The notes under the pieces were generated by a model, which was given only the letters and a program-made list of their open reading frames with translations, did not search any database and was not told the DNA's origin. A stretch of DNA of 64,000 nt. Origin: Ascoidea asiatica JCM 7603 (taxonomy: Eukaryota; Fungi; Ascomycota). The translations under genes and the position numbers were made by a program. Location of the stretch: the NCBI GenBank assembly GCA_001600695.1, contig BCKQ01000009.1, positions 266,913 to 330,912 of the forward strand, in the 5' to 3' direction. Below, piece after piece: positions 33,587-46,382 of the stretch (position 1 is its first letter; every line of letters starts with the position of its first letter).

Positions 33587-33933
33587 ATGCGAAATTTTGT
33601 TTTTTTTTTCTTTTGTTTTCAGATTTTTAAGGGTTGATACTATGCTGTAAAAGTCTTTTTGAGAAATTTTGGATTCTGTATTTTGAATAGGCTTTTTTTG
33701 GCGTTTAAATTTATTTTTAATATATACGAATATACGAATAGTAACTACAACCTAATTTATTTTTATTTTTAACCTTTACACGTTTGATTGAAAATCACTT
33801 GAAAATGTATGATTATACTATATATAAATTAGAGAAAAATTTAGAAGATGCAAATATAAAAGGAAAAAAATCATATTAAAAAATTAAAAAAATTGAAACC
33901 AATGTTTTTTTATAATAAACTGAAAGCCTTATT

Positions 33934-36660
33934 TTATACTGGGCCAAAGAAAAATTTAAACGGTTTATTTTTTGTCAACGGTAAAGGATAATCTCCAGCT
34001 TCTTTAAGATTATTTGAAAGAGCGTTGAGCTTCTTGAATTCTGAATCTAGCGCTTCTTTTGTAATCATCATAGTGTTTTCATAAACCAAACTGATTGCTT
34101 GATTTGAATACCGGTCTTCACCACCAGAAAAATCTTTTCCTATTATAGATTTTTTAAGCCAGTTGTTCACAATGATGTTTATGTAAGTAGAATAAGTATC
34201 TTTTAGTAATATATCCAAGAACTTCAATAACTCTGGCAACTCATCTTTTATTTGATTTTCTGCAAAAATATAGGATTGTGCCTTAGCTTTTGGATCTTTT
34301 TTATCAATATGCTTCAAAGTGAAACCGATATCTTCGGGTGCAGCCACCTTTTTAGGAGGTTCTTTATTAAAAATTTTCTTGTTCCATTTAGAAAGTTTCA
34401 CTTTTCTTTCATTTTCTTTGATGTACTTCACATAATCAATTCTTTTGGCTCTGTGATCATTAATTCTTTCCCTGGCAATGTCACAATAATTTATTGCTAA
34501 AGTTAAACGATTGATGATTTTTTCCTCGATTTGGACTACAACAAGTTTAACATCCGTTTTTTGTTTTTCTAACTTTTCAATATAACTTTCATAACTGGAA
34601 TGAATAAAATGATCTAAAGGGTTAACTTCTTTTTTCTTCTCTTGAGTAATATTAACTACATCTTTCCAGTTTTCTGCAAAGGACAAGTGCTTGGTGATGA
34701 AATCAGAAATAATTTTTAAGGAGTCTACTATATTTAGTTTGAACTGTTTTAGTAATTGATATTTATGTTTGAATTCCAAGACAAGTAAAATATATTCTTT
34801 TCTAGCAACAGGTAATTTACTGAAAATATTATTTAATTGCTTTGCAGAAGGATTAACTTTTGAGCTCAGAGGCCCTTGGATCGAAATACCTGAATGAAAA
34901 GAGGACGAATTGAAGGATTGAATGTCATTAATCAAAGAAGAACAATCAGTAAAAGAATCACTGGGAATTCTACTATGATTCTCAAGTGTTGCATTATTTA
35001 ATGGGTTTGCTCCCATTTTTTTCTCTTCAAATGACATAAAATCAAGGCTCTGTCCCATATTTATTTTCTGGGAAATATTGTCTATGGTTTCTAGCGCAGT
35101 CGTCAAGTCATTAAAGATCTCTTTTTGAACATTAGTCTCTCGTTTATAGCTATCTAATATATTTTCAAGAAGTAATTTATACTTCAACAATCTTTGAATT
35201 GGTTTGATAAGGAGGCTTTGAAAATCCCAGGAAGAAGTTTTAGAATTGCAAAAAAACTTGCATTCATTTAACCATTCTTGAAACGCAGGACCCGAAAATT
35301 TGATTTTATTTTCCAATTCATTTAATTGATTCTGGTGATTGTTACTATAATAATTGTAGGCATTGAAAAAGTCATTTTCAAAATAAGCAATAAGAAGTTG
35401 ACCAATGTTAAAGCTATTTCCATCTTTATCTCTGAAACTGGAGTTTAAAAGCAGCGATTTCAATTGAAGAGGTGTAATAATAGAAGAGTCCAAATGATTC
35501 ATTGTTTGACTTGAAAGCTTGAAACCAGGTTTGACGGGAGTGGCTATAATTCTTGAAGGTATATTTTCAGGGGAGAGCAATGATAGTAGTGGTGGAAACT
35601 TAAAATCGCTAGATGAGCTAACTTCTGAAGTGCCAGAGCTTGCTTCACTGCTATCATCAAATTCAGTTCCAGATTTGAAGAAATATAAAGCATTGTTAAT
35701 GAATTTTTCAGACAAGGAAATAATATCTGATATATTTCCAAATATTAAAGATATTTCTTTTTTGTTTAATAAATTTTTATACTGAGGACTTGTTTCCAAG
35801 AACTTTAAATAAATATCATTTATCAAAAAAATATCATTTTTGTAATTGATTTCAGTTTCAAGAAGTTCTAATATATTTCTTTCATATAATGACATTAAAT
35901 TCATTTTTTCTCTATTTTTCTGACCATAATTTCCAGAAAGTGGGTCTAATATCGTATTATTTTTTACAGTGAAAGATCTCTCCAATTTGTCTTTTTCATA
36001 TTCATTAATGAAAACTGATAAACTTTGTTTTGGAAGCAAGTCTTCCTCTTTGACCATTTTAGTGTTTGAGTTGTAGCTCATATATCCATGTTTAACTAAA
36101 GCAGGAGAGCTTATTCTTTTGGGACTAGGAACTATATTATCTCCTATAGATAATGGCTTGGAAAATGAAATAATGTGACTTTTGATTTTCCCAGATTTTG
36201 TAAGCTCCTGGAAATTTTGGTTATTATGATCACTTAAATTTTCTTCATTAATGGTCCTTTTTAGACCTTTATTTTCAACAGGAGATTTGATATAATTATA
36301 TTTCAGAGGAATGGCATATGGATTAATTCTTGGTAAATTATTTGAAGTAATTCCATTTTTTTGAGCATTATGATCTATTCCATTTATATTTTTTATAGTT
36401 TTCGTTATATCTGTAGATTCAATTCTGTAATTTGATTTTTTCAAATTTAAAGGAGTTGGTTTCCTGAGTTCTCTTCTTTTTTCATATATATTAGATTTAT
36501 TGGTGTAATTATTACCTATTTTTACTTGGTTTTCTCGCTTTAGCCAAGTTGGGCAAAATCTTTCTTCCTCATCAAACAGGCTTGCATTAGAAGAATCTAT
36601 GGACCTAGAATAACAACTAGATGATCTCTGAAATTGCGAAGATACAGGACTTATAGACAT
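33934..36660 (-). CDS. Dbl-homology RhoGEF with helical (BAR-like) C-terminus, Fus2-like
   Basis: ELLETEINY, IFGNI and SLLIKPIQRLLKYKLLL DH motifs. PRE TGAAACA at 36874-36880 upstream. Lies near UAF30/TRI1, as FUS2 does in S. cerevisiae. Confidence 0.75.
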   Translation of the reverse strand: MSISPVSSQFQRSSSCYSRSIDSSNASLFDEEERFCPTWLKRENQVKIGNNYTNKSNIYEKRRELRKPTPLNLKKSNYRIESTDITKTIKNINGIDHNAQKNGITSNNLPRINPYAIPLKYNYIKSPVENKGLKRTINEENLSDHNNQNFQELTKSGKIKSHIISFSKPLSIGDNIVPSPKRISSPALVKHGYMSYNSNTKMVKEEDLLPKQSLSVFINEYEKDKLERSFTVKNNTILDPLSGNYGQKNREKMNLMSLYERNILELLETEINYKNDIFLINDIYLKFLETSPQYKNLLNKKEISLIFGNISDIISLSEKFINNALYFFKSGTEFDDSSEASSGTSEVSSSSDFKFPPLLSLLSPENIPSRIIATPVKPGFKLSSQTMNHLDSSIITPLQLKSLLLNSSFRDKDGNSFNIGQLLIAYFENDFFNAYNYYSNNHQNQLNELENKIKFSGPAFQEWLNECKFFCNSKTSSWDFQSLLIKPIQRLLKYKLLLENILDSYKRETNVQKEIFNDLTTALETIDNISQKINMGQSLDFMSFEEKKMGANPLNNATLENHSRIPSDSFTDCSSLINDIQSFNSSSFHSGISIQGPLSSKVNPSAKQLNNIFSKLPVARKEYILLVLEFKHKYQLLKQFKLNIVDSLKIISDFITKHLSFAENWKDVVNITQEKKKEVNPLDHFIHSSYESYIEKLEKQKTDVKLVVVQIEEKIINRLTLAINYCDIARERINDHRAKRIDYVKYIKENERKVKLSKWNKKIFNKEPPKKVAAPEDIGFTLKHIDKKDPKAKAQSYIFAENQIKDELPELLKFLDILLKDTYSTYINIIVNNWLKKSIIGKDFSGGEDRYSNQAISLVYENTMMITKEALDSEFKKLNALSNNLKEAGDYPLPLTKNKPFKFFFGPV

Positions 36661-37291
36661 AGTTAGTTTAATTTTTTTATTTGATATTATCTTAAAGAAA
36701 ATTAGACAGTAAAATTATTTTGATAATTTATTAAATATAATGAAAATTTGAAGGAAGTTTCAATCCTTATAAAGAAAGACATTTTGAAGATAAAGATTTA
36801 TTATTATGAAGTTTCTTCATTATTATAAAACCACATGTTAATTAATTAATGACAAATCAATGTTTTCAATTTCTGAAACAACAAACGGTTAAAAAAAAAA
36901 AACAATAGAAATGTTTACAATTATTTATAATAAAAGTTTAAAACGATAATATAAAAACACATTAAAATAGATACATATTTAAAAGTGTTTTCTGTCTGTT
37001 TGAAAAAAAGTGATCGATATTTTCGATCTTTATTTTTATTAAAAGAAAATTGAGTGGCACATCCGTTACTTGGAATTATTCCGTAGTACGGTAAATGCAA
37101 TCCCGCATTTCTGTTTTCCGACTTCCGAAATGTTCCGTAAACCCAGCACAGTGTTAACTTAACTGGAACAGAAACCATCAGTGGATCAAATTTAATTGAT
37201 CTATCGTTCATTCAAAATCATATATTTACAGGTGAGAATATATATATTATCTAACTTGGTTTATTAGAAATCAAAACACTAAAGGGTATCA

Positions 37292-38719
37292 TTAAGATAG
37301 TTGCTGACAAATTTCTTTATGACTAGGCATATTGCCCATATTTCCCATTCCAGCAATGGCAATTTTGCCAGCTCCTAATCTATAATTAGACCATTTAATA
37401 ACATCATCTTTATTTATCACATCAACTTTGTCAAATACTTCTTCTGGAGAAAGTCTTTTACCAGTTGTCACTATCTGTCTTCCTATATCTTCAGCTACTG
37501 GAGTTGAGCCATCAAGAGACAATAATAAGGAAGCCTTTAATTGAGATTTAGCTTTATCTAATTCTTCTTGAGTAAAGCCACCTTGTTTTAATCTTCTCCA
37601 TTCTTCCAATATACCATTAATTAATTTTTGATTGTCTTTACTTTCAGTTATTAAATAAACACCCCATAGACCAGTATCAAAATATGAGGTTGAAAAACTC
37701 ATATAAGAATTAGCCAAAGGAGTATTACCTTTTCCACCAAATGAAGCTACCTTTGCTAATGTTGAGGGATTATTTAAATTGGTTCCAAGAGATCTATCCC
37801 AATTACCAACTATAGCTTGGGTAACTAAGGCTGTAAAATAATCAGGTGAATTCCAAGAAACACCTTCAACAGCCAAGGCCATATGTGTTTGAGGTAAGGT
37901 AGGATCATTTATTTTAATTTCATCACTATTAAATAAAGGAAATTCATGTCTATGAGAATCTGGTTCACCAAATTTATTTGGAATTTTAGATTTTTTTAAA
38001 TGTCCAAAATTTTTATCAGCTAGTTCACAAAGTTCATTATGATTTATAGCACCAGTTCCAACTAAAACCATTCTATCACCTTTATAATTTTGATTTATAT
38101 AGTCAAGTAAATCTTTTCTTTGAATGGAAAGAATATTTTCAGTTGGGCCAAGAATTGTTCTACCTAAAGAATTATTTTTATAAGCAATAGCATGTAAATG
38201 ATCAAAAACAACTTCATCATACATTTTATCAACTTCTTCACTTTCTCTTATAATTACATCTCTTTCTCTTTCAATAGCATTTTTATCTAAAGTTGAATTT
38301 GTTAAAATATCACTTAAAATTTCTACAGAATGTGATAAATTTTGTTGTAATGTTTTAGCATAATAAACAGTATTTTCTCTAGATGTATAAGCATTTAAAT
38401 GACTACCAATATTTTCAATTTCTAATTCCATTGATCTTTGAGTTCTATTCTTGGTACCTTTGAATGCTAAATGCTCTAAAAAATGAGCAGTACCATTATT
38501 TTTTTTATTTTCGGATCGAGAACCGGAATCTATCCAAACTCCAACAGTTGAAGTTGATGTAAAAGGTATAACTTCAGATGAGACAGTTAATCCATTTGGA
38601 AGTACTGATACTTGAGTTGTTGGTGGGTTAGAAGCAGAAACTGAAGCAAAATTAGAATGCTTACTGAATTTGTTAATATTCGAAGCAAATGCCCTTTGTC
38701 TAAATAAGTTACGCAACAT
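37292..38719 (-). CDS. MAS1: Mitochondrial processing peptidase beta subunit
   Basis: Inverted zinc motif HFLEH, LNAYTSRENT, ERERDVIIRE, AEDIGRQ. Puf3 element at 37223-37230 (minus). Confidence 0.95.
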   Translation of the reverse strand: MLRNLFRQRAFASNINKFSKHSNFASVSASNPPTTQVSVLPNGLTVSSEVIPFTSTSTVGVWIDSGSRSENKKNNGTAHFLEHLAFKGTKNRTQRSMELEIENIGSHLNAYTSRENTVYYAKTLQQNLSHSVEILSDILTNSTLDKNAIERERDVIIRESEEVDKMYDEVVFDHLHAIAYKNNSLGRTILGPTENILSIQRKDLLDYINQNYKGDRMVLVGTGAINHNELCELADKNFGHLKKSKIPNKFGEPDSHRHEFPLFNSDEIKINDPTLPQTHMALAVEGVSWNSPDYFTALVTQAIVGNWDRSLGTNLNNPSTLAKVASFGGKGNTPLANSYMSFSTSYFDTGLWGVYLITESKDNQKLINGILEEWRRLKQGGFTQEELDKAKSQLKASLLLSLDGSTPVAEDIGRQIVTTGKRLSPEEVFDKVDVINKDDVIKWSNYRLGAGKIAIAGMGNMGNMPSHKEICQQLS

Positions 38720-39219
38720 TGAAGAATATGATTATATGATAATGTGATGGGATTATAATTTTAAAGATAAACAAAAAATAAGGAAATTGTTGATTAGATA
38801 TTACACTTTTGAATCTCACTCTTGAAAAAGTCGTTGATCTAAATAATTTGATGAAATGATTATAATTTTTTTCTTATAAATTGAATAATAGATCAATAAT
38901 TTCATAAATTAATTATTAATAATTATTTTTAATTTTTGAAAGACTGGAAGAGCGTGTCACGTGCTGTGAAGTTGGTAGATTGGAGGGTGCCTGGTTGCAA
39001 GATATAGAACCAATAGATTGAATGGATTCAAATGGAGTTAACGTTATTAGTAGTAATGGAATAAAAGTTAAATTCAATAAATCATTGTGTTATTACCAGT
39101 AAAAGAAAAGGTTTAATATCAATTCAAAGTGACGAATATAACTAATATATTATAGATCTAAATTCAGCTATTGTTAAATACATTCATTTTAATGAATTGT
39201 CTTCTAAAATAAAAGAAAA

Positions 39220-39840
39220 ATGAGTCGTAAATTTTATACCGATGATGAGAATTTAAATTCAGTTCCTGGTAGAGTTGAAAAAATATCGAAAGAATTAGAA
39301 GAAAAGCAAAAAACACATAATGCCAAATTTATTGAAGGAATGACAATTAGATCAACAGATAAACTTGAAAATTATTTAAATAATTCAAGAAATGGTGCAA
39401 TATTAAGATTAAAAATATATTATGCAGAATATTTAAATAGTAAATCAGCAATGAATAATGAGATTTTAAATATTAAAAATAAATTTAATAGTATTATTGT
39501 TGAAGATAAATTTCCAAATATTATATATATATTAACAAGTGGGTTAACAGGATCAATTTTAGTACGTAAAAGAAATTTACCAATTAGATTTTTAACACCA
39601 ATTTTATTTGGAGGAATTGTATTTAAACAAGTTATGCCAATTTCATTTAATAATAGTGAAAAATATTTTAAAGATTTAGAAATTCATTATTTACCAGATT
39701 TATCAAAAAAACATGAAAATTTTATAAGAGATATTAAAGAAAGTAAAGAGAAATTTGAAGAAATTAAAGTAAAACAAAAAATTGGATTAGAGAAAAAAAT
39801 TCATTCAATTAGAGAATATGTATGTAGTTTTTTTGATTAA
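39220..39840 (+). CDS. MIC26: MICOS subunit, apolipoprotein-O family
   Basis: N-terminal FY motif, IEGMTIR segment, and ILTSGLTGSILVRKR..RFLTPILFG..MP two-helix pattern. Confidence 0.75.
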   Translation: MSRKFYTDDENLNSVPGRVEKISKELEEKQKTHNAKFIEGMTIRSTDKLENYLNNSRNGAILRLKIYYAEYLNSKSAMNNEILNIKNKFNSIIVEDKFPNIIYILTSGLTGSILVRKRNLPIRFLTPILFGGIVFKQVMPISFNNSEKYFKDLEIHYLPDLSKKHENFIRDIKESKEKFEEIKVKQKIGLEKKIHSIREYVCSFFD

Positions 39841-41337
39841 ATTTTACGAAATGAATGAATTCTAAGAAAAATTAAAGAAGAGTAATATTGGTTATAGTCG
39901 TTAAAGAATTTACATTAAGCCATCCAATTGTTATTTTGTTCTGTAATATTTAGTTTTATTCAGAGTTATTTAAATTTATTTATAGTAATATAATAATAAA
40001 TAATATATTTTTTTTTGAAATTGATAATAAGAATAAAAAAGGAACAAATTAGGAATATATTTTCTTATTTTGAATCTTATTAGATTATATTTAAAGCATG
40101 AATGTTGGATGTGGTTATCGATTTCAAATTTTTTTTCATAAAGTATTGTTGAGTAACGTTAATGTTAACGTTGAAAAAAGCGAAAAGTAACGTTAACTTA
40201 ACAAGATTTTGTTATCGAGGGGTGATAAAAATAAGTGAAATCCTGTTCGGAAGATACTGTGAAGTCGATTGATGGAGAAAGGAGAAAGATAACGTTAAAT
40301 AAATATTCCTATTTCCTCAAATTCAATATCTTTTTAGCAGTATAAAATAATCTTACTAATGTTAATTATTTGTTTATTTGAAATCGAAATGTTTTTAAAA
40401 ATTAAATATATTTGAGACAGAGTGTTTGTTTTGATACACTTTAGAGGATAAGACCTAATCATGAATACTTTTTGAATTTACTAAAACTTTAGTTGAAAGC
40501 TATTGGCACATTGATGCCGAAATGTTAGTTTTAGATTTGCCACCTTTAATTCAATATGATTTTAATTTGATTTTGGTTTCAATTGAATTTTAATGCCATC
40601 TATTTTTCATTTTTCATTTTTCAAATTTCACTTTTCATTTTTCAAAACCCATAACCAAGGACATAATTTGAATCCAACGGAATTGAATTGAATTGAATTG
40701 AAGGTTAACCTGAATTAATTTCTTCTGTTGTGGATGATTATGAATTGATCGATTGCAAAAAATTGTGAATGAGTATGATTTATTATGATTTATTATGATT
40801 GATATTGACTGTGAGTAATTGTGAGTAATTTCGAAAGTATGACGATTATTATAAAATATCATACCTGTAGCTTATTTCGAGGTCAAATCAAAGGTTGTCT
40901 GAGAAAATGTGCTAAGGCCAACATTACCGGTAGGCTATTGCAATAACACAGTGACTAAAACCAGAAGGAAATCTGTGGACGTGTCACCCGGCTGCTGGCT
41001 GCCAGTGATCCTCCAGGCAATGATCTTTCACATACTCTACGGTATTGTGATCCCCCAGGGTATCGAAGGACTGATCACAATCTCTGAAACGGGCGAAGAA
41101 AGCTGCAATTGCAATGACCGATGACTCAGGCATCACCGACATACACATCATACCTTTACAACAGGGATTATTTGTTTTCCCAGCAATCCAAAGCCCTTAT
41201 TAGGCCCTTCTTCTATTGAGTTTTTCTTTTTGTGTGGATGGAGGCCGGTTCCGTTTTTAGTCGCCACCGGTAGGGTGGCCGGTAGGGTTCTCTGCTGTGC
41301 TGAAACTCTGGAACTGGCTCTGGTTCATCTGACCAAT

Positions 41338-41390
41338 TTCCCTGACCTTCTTAGAACTTCTTTTCAGTTCTATCAAGTTCCTTTGGGTTC
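41338..41390. promoter_or_regulatory. Step-type HSE-like array
   Basis: TTC at exactly 10-bp spacing six times (41338, 41348, 41358, 41368, 41378, 41388). Gcn4/AP-1 site TGACTCA nearby at 41122. Confidence 0.5.
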
Positions 41391-43319
41391 TGTAAGGTGC
41401 TATTGAGGTTTATGTGACTTTTACTTCTTTGAAACACTGCACACACACAGTAAAAATTCTAGATCCTTCTTTGAACAAGACAAGCCTGTTGTTTTGGGAG
41501 GGGGCAAAAGTCACGCTGAGCCCTGTACAAGTGGCATATGTTTTTAACGACTGCGCGCTCCAACCTTAGTCTAATTGCCAAATAGCACCAGATAGCGCAG
41601 TGCAGTGCTGTTTACTTCGCTCGTTTAGCTGGTCAAATCCATAAAAGAATTTGAAAACACTCCAATTGAGAAAGTAACGTTAAGTTTACTATGAGGTTAC
41701 TACTAATACTGCACAGCAGTTAACCCAAATCTCAGACTGGATCTAAAACTAAACTGTTACTAAAACTGCTACTTTCACTCTCACTCACTCTCACAATTCT
41801 CCTTGATTTTCAAAATCATTCTTCTTTCTATTTATTTTGATATTCAAATATTAATTTTAGTATTAAATCTGTTATTAATCTTTTTAATATTTAATTTTTT
41901 TTAAATCTTTTATTTTTATTAGTTTCTTATTTATTTTCTTATCCAATTTCAACTAACATTTTTTAATTGTTATTTCAATTTCAGTCAACATTTCCTTTAA
42001 TCGAGAAACCAAGAAAGAAAAAGAATAAATTTATTGTTTTACTGTACTAAATCTCTGACAAGTACACCATTACATTATAATTACATCTTTTATTAATTTA
42101 TTATATCTAAGATCTAATCCCTTCTTTTTTTTTTATCATATCAATAATATATTCTTATTATTATTTTTATTATTATCATCATCAAAAAGGTAGATTCAAA
42201 TATTTTAAAATATATTTCAATATATTTAATAGAATTCATTACTATTATTATTCAATATAATAACAATATAACAGAATATAATTAGATTATCTTTTTTCAA
42301 TTCAACCTCCTTTTTCTCTTCTCATTCTCAAGTTCATTGTCAATCTCAACCTCCCTTTTAGTATCATCTTCAATCTCAATATCATCTTTAAGTATTAATA
42401 TCAATATAAATATCAATAAGAAATACAAATATAAATAAACAAATATCAAATATCAACAGTAAAACTATCCCTTAAAGTCTTTAAATACTCTTTATTATCA
42501 TATTTATTATTAATTTATACTTTTCAGTAACTAAAATAATCTCTAAAGTTTATACCTATAAAAAATATATAATTCAAGTACTAAAGCAATAAGACAAACA
42601 ACAATATCAAAATTATATTATATTATATTTAATCTCTATCCATTTACTAGAAAATATTGAAATTTTTTTAAGAATTATTAAATTATCCAAAATTAAACGA
42701 TACTTAATTTAAATAATAAATTTTTAATAAAAAATTTTTTTTAGTCAAATTTAAGATTTTTAAAATCTTTTATTTTCAATCAACATCGCCTAATTTTCCT
42801 CACCTGCAAATTTTTTTCTTCCTTTTTTCATTCTACATCTTTTCTTAATCTTTTATTAATCTTTTATTAATTTAGTTTATTATTTTATTCATCATTATAT
42901 CATTATTTCAATTTATCATTTAATTCATTATTCATTATTCATTATTCAATAAATTTATAGGTTATATTTTATATTTTATAAAGTAATTCAATATTTATAT
43001 CGTATATTAAACATATATTATATTCTATTAATTCATTATTTTATATTATTATAATTTATAATCAAAATCAATCAATCAATCAAAATAATCATAATAAATC
43101 AATCAATCAATTCTCTTCTGTTTTTAATTCTTCTTTTCTCTATTATTATTATTATCATTCCTGCTATTAACTTATCTAACTCTTTTAACTCTTAATTTAT
43201 TTATCCGCTATTATTAACATTAATATTACAACTGCTCCAACTATTTCAATTACTATATTATCTTATTTTCATTTTTATTTATTTTTTCTTTATAAATCTT
43301 TCAATCTTTATCTTTTAAA

Positions 43320-45149
43320 ATGACCTCTGGCTATCTTTCAAGAAAATCTTCAGGAAAGAAGAATTCTTCTTCTGTTTCTGCAAATTTAGTATCATCAACA
43401 ACATCAGCATTTCCTCAATCCCCTTCTTTAAATTGTCCTTCTCCATCCCCAAACACCTACAAATCTAGACATTCTCATTCTTCATCATCTTCATCTTCCT
43501 CTTTCAAAGACTTGGGAACTGATGAATATACTGCTTATGAAAATGGTTTATTATTGAATGAAAGATATCGAAAATTATCTGATATTCAAAATGGTTCTTA
43601 TGGTATTGTAACAAAAGCTTTTGATAAAAAAGAAAATAGAAATGTTGCAATTAAAGCAATGAAAAGATCAATTCCTGGGGTTCGTCCTGTTGCAAGACAT
43701 GAGATTAAAATTTTACAAAAATTAGGTTCTCATCCAAATATTTGTCAATTATTAGATTATTTTGAAACTAAATCTTATATTTATATTGTTTTAGAATATT
43801 GTTCAAATGGTGATTTATTTGATTATTTAAATAAAAATCCAAATGATAATTCAAATGATAATTCAATTTTAAAACCATATGAAAATTCTTTTGTATTTAA
43901 AAATTTTTCAAAACAATTAGGTGAAGCTATACTTTTTTCTCATTCAAAAAATATCTTTCATCGTGATATTAAACCTGAAAATGTTTTAATTACTGAAAAT
44001 GGTGATGTTAAATTAACTGATTGGGGTTTAGCTACTTCTGCACGTTTTTGTTATGATGGAATGATAGGTACTGAAAAGTATATGGCTCCAGAAACTTTCT
44101 TTCAAAATGATTCAAATGAAATGCATTCAAAATATACTAAACCTGCTTCTTCTTCTTATTATAATAGAAAACTTCATGGGTTTAATACTAGAAAAATGCA
44201 AAATTATGATGCTGTTTATGCTGATTATTGGTCTTTTGGTATTACTTTATTGTATACTTTATTTGGTAAATTTCCTTTTAAAATGGCCAATTCAAAATAT
44301 GATATTTATTATCAAACTTTTACTAAACATTCTGACTCTATTTTTGATTTATTTCCTGATTTATCCTTAAAAGGTTTTGAATCAATTGTTGAACCACTTT
44401 TAGCTATTAATCCAAGTGAAAGAAGTATTGAAACTTCTCTTGAAAGAATGGAAGCAAACTTTGACCTTGGCTTCACAGTTCAAGAAGAATTATTTGCTCA
44501 ACAACAACAACAAATTCAAACTGGTGAATATGTTGATGATGATGATAGATTCGAATTTGAAGATAATAGTTTACTCTATGAGGACAATCAATATGGTGAT
44601 TTTTCAACTTTCACTGCTATTCCACCTGAAGTTAATGATGCACTTAATACTGCAAATCATAATTTAAATAATGGTTTTCCAATTTCTAATTCCACTTATC
44701 TTGATAATGATTTTTATGATGACTCTTATTTCAATAATTCAGCTGTTTCATCTTCAGAAACTCCATCACTTATTAATTCATCTACTTCCAGTACTTCTCC
44801 AAATTCGAAGGCAATTGATATCAAATCGAGTAAAGGAATTCCAATGGCTAATAATAAATTGAAAGATCTTGTAAAAATCGATCAACATTCTAATGGAATT
44901 GTAAGCCCACATTGTTATTCTGGATTATCTTGGAATGATATTGATGATTTGGATGATGAAGATTTTATCAATAGTTTTGCTGATGATTCTCAAAATTTCA
45001 AAACTCCAACATTATCTTTAGGTACCTCTTCTGGTTTAAAGAAATTATTAACTTCCCCTTCAGCTACTACTAGCGCAACACCTTTCACTGTTAATCAACC
45101 TATTTCTGCAGGTTATGGCGATAAAGATAATGATTTCAAATGGTATTAA
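43320..45149 (+). CDS. Ser/Thr protein kinase, Ksp1/Fmp48 family (DWG motif)
   Basis: GSYG, VAIK, HPNICQLLD, HRDIKPEN, KLTDWGLA, GTEKYMAPE and ADYWSFG. Confidence 0.9.
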   Translation: MTSGYLSRKSSGKKNSSSVSANLVSSTTSAFPQSPSLNCPSPSPNTYKSRHSHSSSSSSSSFKDLGTDEYTAYENGLLLNERYRKLSDIQNGSYGIVTKAFDKKENRNVAIKAMKRSIPGVRPVARHEIKILQKLGSHPNICQLLDYFETKSYIYIVLEYCSNGDLFDYLNKNPNDNSNDNSILKPYENSFVFKNFSKQLGEAILFSHSKNIFHRDIKPENVLITENGDVKLTDWGLATSARFCYDGMIGTEKYMAPETFFQNDSNEMHSKYTKPASSSYYNRKLHGFNTRKMQNYDAVYADYWSFGITLLYTLFGKFPFKMANSKYDIYYQTFTKHSDSIFDLFPDLSLKGFESIVEPLLAINPSERSIETSLERMEANFDLGFTVQEELFAQQQQQIQTGEYVDDDDRFEFEDNSLLYEDNQYGDFSTFTAIPPEVNDALNTANHNLNNGFPISNSTYLDNDFYDDSYFNNSAVSSSETPSLINSSTSSTSPNSKAIDIKSSKGIPMANNKLKDLVKIDQHSNGIVSPHCYSGLSWNDIDDLDDEDFINSFADDSQNFKTPTLSLGTSSGLKKLLTSPSATTSATPFTVNQPISAGYGDKDNDFKWY

Positions 45150-46382
45150 TCCTGAATAACTTATCCATTTTGAAAAGAAAGTTTTATCAACAAATATTTA
45201 ATGACATTTATTTAAATAATTGCTTTTAATGACTTATGGTGTTTTATTCACCATTTTTTATTTTTTCTCTATCAATTTTTTATTTTTTTTCTTAATTTTT
45301 TTCTCTCCTTTTGTTGTTGTTATTTACTACTGTTTTTTAATTATTTTTATCATTTTGTCATTTTTGTCATTTTTGTCATTGTTTATTCAAATTTTCAAAC
45401 TATATTTTTCATAACATACTTTTTTACAGGTTAAGGTTTTTTTTATTTTATAACTTTATCATTATCAAAAACCTTTAAGGTTTCTTTTTTTCATTCTTTT
45501 AAATCTACAACCTATTCACTCGCATCTACAGTTTCTTTACTTTCTATTTACACTTCATTTTAGATTTCCTTTTTTATAATTTTTTTAAAAACTTTTGTGT
45601 CTAATTTTTTTTTTTTTGAAATTCGATTTTACTCTTTTTCCCCGGTGGAAACAGATTTTCCTTTTATTTATTATCTTTTATTTATCAACTACAAGTTTCC
45701 AGTTCTTATTTTTATGGATTAACAAAATTAAGCTGGCTTAGTTTTTCTTCCTTATTTTTAATGTTTAATTCAAAATTAGGATTTTGTGGCTTTTTTTTTT
45801 TTTGTTCGGTTTTTTTTTCTTCTTGGTTGAAGCCTTTTTTTTTTGGTTTTTAAATATATTAATATATAGTTTTGTGGCTCGGTTTAAATTAAGATATGTT
45901 TTTTTGAAAAAATTTCAAATCTTCTGCTCAATATATTAGTATTTTTAAGAATTAAATATTCTTTTTCATGTTTTTTTAATTTCTTTTTATTTCTTCTTTC
46001 ATTCTATATTAGTTTGTTGAGTGTTTATGGAATATTATTCTGTAGATTGTTCATTTTATCATTTTCATAAATTATTGATTTTTTTTATTCATATTTTTTT
46101 AATATATGTGTGACGACGATTACGAGAAAAAAATAATTACTCTAAAAGTTTAATTTTTATTAATTAAACTAGTTTATAACCCATATATAGATTTAAGAAA
46201 AACACTGAAAATAAAAAAAAGCACATCAGAATAAAAAGGATTTGAAGTGAAATGAAAGCAAATAGTTTTATCTTGAGAAACTTATTCAAAATATGAGAAA
46301 TTAATTATTAATGACCACTGAAGTATTATTTGACATCAAAAAAGTTAAAACTAGTCAAAAGCGTCGAGAAATCATCGAGAAG

